Program-made: the position numbers and the translations under genes
Notes under the pieces: generated by a model
Database searches by the model: none
Told to the model about the DNA's origin: nothing
Seen by the model: only the letters and a program-made list of their open reading frames with translations
IMG/VR virus record: IMGVR_UViG_3300013426_000002
Coordinates: 1-64,000 of that record
Direction: 5' to 3' (one strand)
DNA length: 64,000 bases
DNA from: a virus
Shown here: in pieces, positions 54,754 through 64,000 of the stretch
Numbering within the stretch: position 1 is the first letter of the stretch
How the letters are laid out: each line of letters opens with the position of its first letter

Positions 54754-55658
54754 CGCTACTACCTTATGATTTCCATAAGGGCTAGACTATATCTTCACTT
54801 TGATAGTGCTTCCCATTTCACCTTTCGGCTACACAGCGTGTGTGCGCTGACTCAAATCATATTGAATTTTATGAAGCATTGAAGGAATTTGTTCAACATA
54901 TGGTTTTACGATGTCTATAAACTTTATTCCTTCTTTTGTTCCACAGCATAAAGAATAACTGTTTTCTTTTTTACCTTCGTGAAACATGTAAAAATCAATA
55001 TTCCAAACTTCTTTAAAGTAATCTATTATTGTTTGTAATTCCTCTTTTGGCATACAGGTTGCAATTTTTATATAGAAACCGTGAACTTTACCATTTGTTT
55101 TTCTATAATTTATATGTCCATCATCCATATACCAGATTGCAATTCCTTTAGCATCTAGTCTGTTTAATAGTTTTCTATTTCCCAATTTTTTATTAGGTTT
55201 ATAAAAAACTCTTCGCAAGACTTTTATAAAAGGTATAATATTTAATTGAGTGTAATAAACTTTTTTACCTGTATTATAACCTTTAACACTGATGTATTCT
55301 TTTAAACCATTGTTTCGTAAACCAGCGTCTTTAAGTTGTTTTATTTTCCACTCAAGATAATCACGTTGTTCTTCACAATGACTTAATTTAAATACATTGT
55401 TATTGCTTATTGTTCCATCACCAAGTAAAAGAGCTATCAATAAATTTCTAGATTCTTTAGTTATTTTTGTTTTCATACTTGCTATCCATTTAGGAAGCTT
55501 CCATTGAGTATTAGTCGTTGAACCTTCCGATTAGTTATATAGATAACGATCGGCTTGGCTGCTGGTTGCCCAATCCCTTGGATTTTTACTACACTTAGTA
55601 CCTTAGGCTCTAAGGGGTTTCCAGCAATTAAAGAAGTTTTGTTTCGACTATTGTGTTA
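54754..55658 (-). mobile_element. Group I intron (905 nt) with a LAGLIDADG ORF, splitting the RNAP metal-binding motif
   Basis: Exon 1 ends ...LTGSDFD (GAT, last base U). Exon 2 starts IDKL. The joined sequence is SDFDIDK, comparable to bacterial beta-prime NADFDGD. The intron ends ...GGTAGTAGCG. G+C-rich structured segments flank the ORF (GGGCAACCAGCAGCCAAGCCGATCG and GCCGAAAGGTGAAATGGGAAGC). Confidence 0.8.
54829..55476 (-). CDS. LAGLIDADG homing endonuclease (intron-encoded)
   Basis: The motifs LLIALLLGDGTIS and IAIWYMDDGHINY are present. Confidence 0.85.
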   Translation of the reverse strand: MKTKITKESRNLLIALLLGDGTISNNNVFKLSHCEEQRDYLEWKIKQLKDAGLRNNGLKEYISVKGYNTGKKVYYTQLNIIPFIKVLRRVFYKPNKKLGNRKLLNRLDAKGIAIWYMDDGHINYRKTNGKVHGFYIKIATCMPKEELQTIIDYFKEVWNIDFYMFHEGKKENSYSLCCGTKEGIKFIDIVKPYVEQIPSMLHKIQYDLSQRTHAV

Positions 55659-58600
55659 ATCGAAGTCTGACCCAGTAAGGGCTGTAAATTCATCAGGAAG
55701 AGTAATAGTATCACCAATCTGTTCAGGATAAACGTCTACCACTTTTAAAGCTGCTGTAGAAGCCTGACCTTGCGCAGGGATACGATAACCCATTGCTATT
55801 GCCTTTGTATCTGGACCAATTATATCGTGGTTTATTAACCATTCTTTAGCTTGACTGAAAGTCATTTTATCATAACCAGGTATAATGTGCTTCAACAAGT
55901 TAATTGATATAACACAATCCATACTACCATCGTCATTGACAAAATTAAGCTTTCTTACATTGTTAACATCAGACGTTACAGCCAGTCTGTTATACAAGAT
56001 GGAAGACATCTGAATAAACATACCACCTGGTAAATTAGTATCTACTATGGCTTTGTTCAACATTGATATAAGACCGCTTTCAATCCAAGAGTTATCAGAC
56101 AAACCTGAAATAGGAGCATTAGTATTGCCATCTTCTACAGTAAGACCATTCAAAACATTATCATTCATGTTTGAATTTTCTGCTTTTCTCTTAAGAATAT
56201 TAGCAAATTTAACAATGCTGGCTTGTGGATTATTAGCATCAATACCAAAGTCTTTTTCTATACTCTTTCTACCAAATTCGGTAATGGCATTATGAGCTCC
56301 GTTGAAGTTGTCAATAACCTCTTGTCCAGAATAAGGTACTCCATCAGGAGTAGTATATGTCCAAGCTGTTCTAATGTTACCCATAGCTGCTTTCTGAGCC
56401 TGAGATACAAACATTTGTCTATCTGCATGGTGTGGATCAGTTACTAGCTGACGTCTAAAATTAACTAAAGACTGTTTGTGAGTAGGCATATTCATCAAAC
56501 CCTCGATATCTACCTTAGTATTTGATTTATCTGTGTATATCTTAGATTTAACTTCTTCAACTCTTTGGCCAACCTTAACTGCAGATTCAAATGCAAGCAT
56601 GTGAATGTTTCTAGCTTGCATTACTTTCAACACTTCTCCCATGTCCCCTGTAGAGAATATTCTATGAACCGGGAACATTGCCATCTTGTCGAATACAGGT
56701 ATATCTCTTTTTGCATTTATATCATAATGATCACCGAAGTACATTAATTTTAAAGGTTTTAATGTAACGGCTAGTGCTTCATTATAAGTATCTGCATCAG
56801 CTTCATAATCTGTTTCAGGGTTATTCAATATATCAAAAGCTTTAGCTACTTCAGGAGTCCAACCATCAATTCTTCTCACTAATTCTTTATAGAATTCAGG
56901 AGAAATAAGTACAGTAGCGTCCGTTTGGTTTACTTTGGTATAACCACCGAATTTACTATCAACTACAAGATTAGCAGCATCTTCAACATCTTGAGGTAAT
57001 GCTTCACCACTTTCATAAGCAGCAAGAGCTTCTTTTTGGGTCATGTTGTGCATTTCCTGCAATAATCTCACTGCCGCTGATTTCTTCGCAAATTCATTAA
57101 TTTTACTAAGCTGTCTACTAGGTATTACATTATCTGATAATGTACCCACATTAACTTCAGTCAAATTTGATAACTCATTACCTTCACCGTAGTCTATTCT
57201 AGGCGTAACACCGGTTGATAATACTTCACGAAGACGTTTGATTTTGTCTACAGGATCTTTATAATATGCAGGATCTTTGACAAATAATTTTTCAAATTCT
57301 ATTACTGAAGATACAGTATTAGCAAAATAATTTGCCATCAATTCTGTAGCAGCTAATTCCTTGCTGTATTTTGATACTTCTTGACGCTTCTTATAATGAT
57401 TTTCCGCATCATCTAATGCTTTTTGAGGAAGTGCTAAACTCTTTACACTAGCAAAATCTTTGCCATTCCAATCAATAATACCTATTTCCTTTGCATAATC
57501 TAATTCATCTTTAAAAGCATCTGTTAGATAGTTATTCATTAACAAAGCTTTATCAGAGTTACTCATCTTTGCCCAAGAAGCCTTTATTTGGTTTACTACG
57601 GATAATGCTAAATCACTACCACCAATGTCTTCAGCGAGTTTAAGAGCTTCATTGAAGTTAGAAAAGTCATCTACAAATTCAATGCCACCTAAGGTTGGTT
57701 GTTCTTTAAGCTTAAAGAATCCATTGAAATATCTAAATCTATAACCATTTCTATTGCCTGTATCGTAGTTCTTTACTTTTTGTGCTTTAGTTAGGTTGCC
57801 TTCATTCTTATAGTTGAATTCAATAGTATCTAATTCAGTTTCAAAGTAATTAATAAATCTAGTTAATACTTTGGCATTAAATTTAACTTGATTGTTAGTG
57901 GTATCTAAAGGCTGATTGAAATTGTTGATAGCTGTGCCATATAAAGTATTATATGTTTGAGAGTCACCCATAGTAGGTAAAATAATTCTACCTTTTTGAG
58001 TAAGTGTCATTTTAGCAATATAATCTTCTAATGGCGAGATTTCTGTGTATTTACGTCCTTTATCACCACTACCTTGTTCTTTAAAATAAACCAAAGTTTC
58101 AACACCTATTTTTCCAGATACTGTAGGATTATTATAAAGATTTGTAAGCAAATAAGAACCCTTAAAATAATTAGGGTTAGCATTATTACCGGTGTTATAT
58201 AACACCTTAGTAAAGGCTTCTACTGTTGCTGGGTCATTATCAAGATTCTGAACCATATCTGTTAAATAATTATGATCAGATATGGGATATAACAGTTTAC
58301 CGTCCGTAGATAATACTGATAATTCATCAGAATTGGGGTGTGTCATACCATAAGTTTCGGACAATCTACCTAAGAATTTAGAATCATCGTAATATCGACT
58401 AATGTGTTTGTTATACGTGCCTGGTACATTACCGGATGGTTCAATTTTTAATACATCCTTTAATTTATTACCAAATAAAAACGATAAACCAGCATTACTA
58501 CCGTCATTAAACAAATTTGTTAACTGTTCTGCAGGATTTGGATCATAATATTCTTTAATTAAAAATGAATTTAATGTATCCATATCTATAGATACTCCCG

Positions 58601-61600
58601 CTCTATTTAAGAGTGATAATATATTATCCTTTATTTTGATAACGTTAGCTTCTACATATTCTTTGTATGTTTGACCGTTCTTAAGTTTGGCGTTCGGTTT
58701 GTTTTTATAGCTTTTGAGTAAATTATTAATTTTGTGGTAATCATCCAGCAATAACTCTATATTAGTTTTATTATCGGTGGTTTTTAATGAATAACTATCA
58801 CCATCAAAGTTTATCAACTCAGTCATCCTAAGTAAACCATAATTCCACCCTTCTATAATGTTTTTGGAAATCTTATTTGCGTTCTCATCTTTTACATACA
58901 AATTAGTTTGGTCATTATCATTGTTTTCAATTTTTTCAGACAAGATACCAATAAGTTTGTGTTTGGCTTTTCTAAAAGTATTCCTGAATTGAGTTTGTAA
59001 ATTTTCTCTAGCTATTACTTGGGTTTCTGTTTCCCCAGGAACTGGTTTTGAAATCTTGTATAATTCTCTATATAAAGTATCAAAAAGAGGTAATGATTTT
59101 GCACATTTTGCACATTTATTCATCATACCTTCAAAGGTGTTCTCTGAGTGTAATTCGTTGATTATTGTATTCCATGAAGAATCGAAATCAACCATGAGCG
59201 GTAATCCGGTAACAGGGCTTAATACAGTTCTGGTTTTCTGTACCTTTACAATTGTGCCATCTTCTTTCTTAACTTCTGCCTCATAGAATTCTCTTTTAGG
59301 CATGGAAGCAATGAAGATTTTAATAGATGCCAAAGCATTATCTTTTACTGAGGTTTCTAATGATTCACGAATGTATGTAGCCATCTGATCGCCTACAGCA
59401 GAACCTTCGGCTTTTTCGTCTATTTCTTGGTCAATATTTTCCTGTTTGTCTACAGCTCTGATTTGATATTCATTTAGTTTCCTAATAATTGCTGGAAGAA
59501 ATACATTATCAAAAGTTTCATAGATTTCTTTTCTAGCTTCTCCTTGTTCTTTGGTAATCTTTCCATTCTCTACAAGCTTGTCTGTTAAAGAAGGTTCTAG
59601 AGCATTTTTTAACAAACTATAATTCAAGCCTGTTAAATCATCTCGCATCTTTACGTTATTCAAAGTAAATAAAGAAGCAACCAATGAATTAACACTTTCT
59701 TTGAATTGTGTATTTGTAATGTTTTTAAAATCGTGACCACCTAATTTAAATGGGGCTCCTGCACCTTTGTATTCATTTAAAAACTCCTGTACAGCTGCAG
59801 AATTTTGTTTAGATCTATTGTAGTATCCTGTATTAATTCTATCAAAAATATTATCAATAGTAGCGTCTGTTCTCCAAACCCATTTACTAATGAAGTTTTT
59901 AATTGCTTTCCAAGCTCTTTTTATGATATTTAAATCAGGTTCAACTTTGTTTAACATGTATTGTCTAAAATCTTCCGCAAGAGACTCTTCAACATCTTTA
60001 TCTGTACCAATTAAACCAGTTCTATTTCTATAAGCTTCATATATTTTATGACGTTCTTTAGGTGAAATAGTTAATAATGATATTCTATGATATGCTTCAT
60101 GATATAAAGTACCTGTTTCTGCACCTTTCCAGAGTAAAGTAGAATCTTGTTTAACAAGTCCCATTGCATACACATTGTTACCTAATGATATAGCATCGTC
60201 TACTATAGTGAGAGAATCACTTTGGAAACCCAATTTCTTTTTAAACCATTCTATTTCTTCATTAGAAACTTCTTTGGTTACTTTACCAGTAAGACGTCGC
60301 ATGGGAATATCAATGTCGTCATCCTCTATAGCAAATGGATCAATTGTCCCGTTTTTAGTGATTTCGTTGATTCTTTTTGCTTCTTCTGATAATTCTGTTG
60401 GTTCTACTGCAGCAACACTGGTAGGTACATTTGCTATATTTTCAACTTTGTTTTGAGTTTTTTCAACAGCTTTAGGACTCTCTACTTTTTTAGATATAGT
60501 TTGTATATCATCAGCATAAGCAAAAGAGTCTTTAAACAATTGATCTTGTAAGTCACTTTTGATTAAATTACTGTCAACAAACAAACCCATTGTATATAAT
60601 GGGTGATGTTCATTGTTACCTAAAAAATCATCTTTATAAAAGGTTACTCCTGGTATAATGTCTTCTTGCAAATACGAACTACTTTTTGCAAATGCTTCTT
60701 TTAAAGAGGGTAAAGCATTACCTACAGGACTAAAGAAATTTTCTCTATTGGCTCTCCAGTGAAATCCCATCAAATCGTTGACAAGGTCCACTTTATCTTG
60801 AGAAGACATATTCCCGATATGGTAAGATTTTTCTCCTACTACAAGATCCCCTTTATCATTTACATAAAGTTGCTTCTTTTTCATCCAATTAAAAGTAGGA
60901 ATATCAGACGTAACTTTAGTATTATCTCCAAAGCGAACCATGAAGTTTATTAATTCGCCAGCAACAATTTCTGTGTCTTTATAATAAGATTCAGGAGAGG
61001 CTCCGTAATTCAAAAGCAAATCTGCAAGAAACTCGGCTTGTTTTCTGTCAAATCTTTGTAAATTAACTTGTACTGGTATCTCTGAATTATTGAGTGTGCT
61101 AGATTTTGGAGGATAAATGAACAACTGACCACTACCCCCAGTACCATTTAATATTTCACCACCCGCACCAAGAATTAAGCTATCAGAAATAATACCATTA
61201 CTGATACCAAAGGTTACATTTTCTGGAGTAATATCATATTTATTACTAGGAAATTTGAATCCTTTTACTTCTTGCACAGGTCTAAATACCGCTCGCTGAC
61301 CATTTCTATTTATATTGTATTTACCACGAGTCCTACTGATTGTGCTCGGTACAATAACCTCATTGTTGGTCTTGTTTTCAATAGCAGTAATGATTGCATT
61401 TCTAAAAGATTTTAAATCATTTATAGAAACTTCATTAGCCTGTTCAATTGTATTTAATTCTTCTGCTGTAGCTCTATCACGAATACCTGCAATATCCGCA
61501 TCAAATTTAGTTCTAGCTCCTTTAGGGGTCTTAAGTGCTAAAGCGTACTTACCGGTAGGATGTTCTACACTCAATATAATAGAAGTATTATCATATGTAG

Positions 61601-64000
61601 TTTTATCACCCTTTTTATATGGTTTACTACCTTTTTCAGTGTAAGATTCATTAATAATGAACTCACAGAAACTATCTGCAAAGAACTTGGGATCTTTGAT
61701 TCTTTCTGCTAATTCTTTACCAGATTTATAACCAGGTAACATAGGAGTTGTGGAATCTGGTGAAAAGAACAATGTGTGTGATACTGTATCTTTAGCCAAT
61801 TCTTCTATTTCTAAAGAATCTTCATATTCTCTAGACTCAGAATCCATATCTGTTTTGCTATCATGTTTCTGTTCGGTAGCTAATTTCTTTTTAGCTTGTT
61901 CAACTTTTTGCTCTACTGTAATATCTGGAGTAATAGTATCTGCTGTTTGTGAAACTTTTTTGTCTTCATCTGTTGCAGCAGCTAAAGGATCTGCATCTTC
62001 ATTAGCAACCTTTTTTAAATCTTGAGGTGTAGCAAAAGCAAATTCTTCATCCTCTTCTTCCACATCTTCTACTACAGGTTCTTTCTGTTTGCTCTCTTCT
62101 GCAATTTTGTTACGTTCTGCTTCAAATTCTGCAGCTAGGTCTTCTAAACTTTTTGTAGGGAATTCCTCATCACGTTTAGTAGCTGGTTCTGTTTTTTCTT
62201 CAGGTGTTGTTTCAGGAGCAGGAAGCGGTGATGGTGCAGGTATTTCTGTGTTTACTTTGGATTTTGCTCTAGAATCCATTATAGGAGATTGCGGTTTTTC
62301 AGCTTCTTTTTCCTGTACTTCTGGAGCAATTTTGCTTGTGGCTACAGTTTCATTATTATCTGTGCCATTATTAGCTACTTCTTTTTCTGTAGAAGCAATA
62401 TCCTGTTCAACAATCTGCCTAGCGTTATCTTCCGCAATTCTACTAGACTCGTCTGAATTATTTAGATAATTTTCAATTCTCTTTTTGATATTGTTTAGTA
62501 CCTTTTTCTTTGATTTATCTGTAGCCTTGTCAAAACTAGTAAGTTTACCGTTTTCCAAAACATTACCGAAAATCTCATTCATTTTGTGTTCTGATACTAA
62601 AGCATCATGTTGAGCTAACATCAAATTTGCATAGCTATCCACACCAGTTTGCATGATGTGAGGAGCAGCTACAAAATCTGTACTGAACTTTGTATTAGCA
62701 GCTACTTGAGCCAACTGGCTATCAATGTTTTTAATGGCATTTGGTATAGTCTTTAAAATAGATTTGGCTACAGAATTATCACTATCAGTAATACCAAATT
62801 TAGTTTTGCCAGCTTCTACTGGAGCTTCAATTGCATTCTTCAACTCCTGTAAAGCTTCTTTCTGTACATTTAACTTAGTTAAAGTAATGGCTGCCAATTT
62901 TTCTTCAGGAGTGTAATTACTTAATAAAGCATCTTCAGAAAGATCTGCATACAATTTATTGTCAGCATCTTGAGCTGTTTTTGCATTATTAACAGCTTCT
63001 TGTAAATCTAATTGTGCTACATGTTGCAAACCAATTAAGGTGTTATATTCCGTAGTTCCCGCAGAATAACCTAATTGCTTACCAATATTCTTTGTAGTTT
63101 TTGATTTAGCTAAATTAAATACATTGTTTGCCGTTTGAATTTCAGCATTTATGTCATCCTCAGTAATACCGTCAGGCATGTGATATTTAAAGTTTTCTAA
63201 TACTTCAATCACACTGTCTTTATAATTGAGCATAGAGTTTGATGCTTTGTCCGCATATGTGACAGCTTTGTTCATAGCGTCTTTTTTAGCTATGTTGTCT
63301 GCAACCATATCCCTAACAAACGTATTGGCAATAAAATCTTTACGCATGTCAATACCTGCGTGATACGCTGTGGTAGGACCACCCATATACATACCCAATG
63401 CAAATCCACCTTTCACGTCATTCCAGAATTGAGGATCATTTGCCAATTCTGATTCAGTGTCTATTCCTGATAGAATTTTTGCGGTACGATAATTAGCATC
63501 AGCTAACCCAAGTAACGATGAAAAAATGCCAGAAGAATCTTTATCATACTGATTGTGAATGTAATCATAATCAAATATGTCCTGATTACCTTCTTCAAAA
63601 GCTTCCCCAGTAGCAGCAAAACCCATACGAGCAAGAGCTTTAGCCCCTTTACTTAACATATTCATTTTGGGACTATTGTAAGCCAATCTGGCATTAAATC
63701 CTGTGTATGCGTCAACTAGTTTATTATATTTCTTAGTAGCGGTATCCGACAATTTGGCTAATGGTTTTAATGCTTTACTTATGGGTTTGGTTATAATCTT
63801 ACCCATAGCTTTACCCAATGGAGCAAACATCAAAGCAGATTGTGCAACATCCATTGCGGACAAAGCCATGTTATTATTATAAACATTTTCTAGACCATTA
63901 TTTGCTGAAGCTTTTAAAGAATTCAAAACTTCATCGGATATTTTGATTTCACCAGATAAAGTTCTGTCTATAATTTCATCGTCTGAAATTTTTGTAACAT
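55659..64000 (-). CDS. Giant RNAP-type protein, exon 1 (at least 2756 codons; the frame stays open to the right edge of the window)
   Basis: The ORF is continuous. It contains an HExxH (LYHEAYHRISLL) and an acidic, proline-rich linker. It ends in GSDFD directly before the intron. The 24 codons upstream of the Met at 63926 are also open. Confidence 0.75.

Noticed and set aside
1-64000. CRISPR arrays, rRNA genes, integrase or attachment sites, transposases, and DGR template/variable repeats
   Set aside because: I found no regularly spaced direct repeats beyond the 10-bp triplet at 13664. I found no rRNA-like blocks, no recombinase, transposase or reverse-transcriptase motifs, and no long near-identical repeat pairs. 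The T-arm/acceptor fragments at 31232 and 39414 were considered as attP-type tRNA 3' fragments. Each, however, has a perfectly complementary 5' acceptor strand nearby, and no integrase gene is present in the window.

Overview
This is an AT-rich, densely coded phage segment. Sampled coding lines are about 20-30% G+C. I interpret it as a crAss-like (Crassvirales-type) Bacteroidota phage. That is inference from gene content only; no database search was possible.

There are three transcription blocks:
- 1-14.2 kb, minus strand: packaging and morphogenesis plus nucleotide metabolism. It holds an acidic protein, HExxH proteins, an intein-containing portal, TerL, dUTPase and a dNTP diphosphohydrolase-like gene.
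- 14.5-44.5 kb, plus strand: small early-type genes and a replication module. The replication module holds family-B DNA polymerase, an intron-split DnaB-like helicase, an AAA_24-like ATPase, primase, two metallophosphoesterases and PD-(D/E)xK nucleases. This block also carries an ECF-type sigma factor, tRNAs and other RNA genes.
- 44.5-64 kb, minus strand: giant virion or transcription proteins. One is a reading frame of at least 4,240 aa whose RNAP-type DFDID metal-binding motif exists only after removal of a group I intron.

Most notable observations:
1. A 2.37 kb stretch (26910-29281) has no ORF in any frame, clearly raised G+C and many GC-rich hairpins. It is a candidate very large structured ncRNA or cluster of ncRNAs.
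2. A circularly permuted (two-piece) tmRNA gene sits at about 21971-22225.
3. Selfish-element load is high: one LAGLIDADG intein, two LAGLIDADG-bearing group I introns sitting exactly inside catalytic motifs, and two free-standing HNH endonuclease genes. One HNH gene is flanked by a synonymously diverged duplicate of the primase 3' end.
4. Two tRNA-like acceptor/T-arm elements have non-tRNA cores, and one tRNA has a non-canonical anticodon arm.

I saw no CRISPR array, no rRNA and no evidence for stop-codon reassignment.
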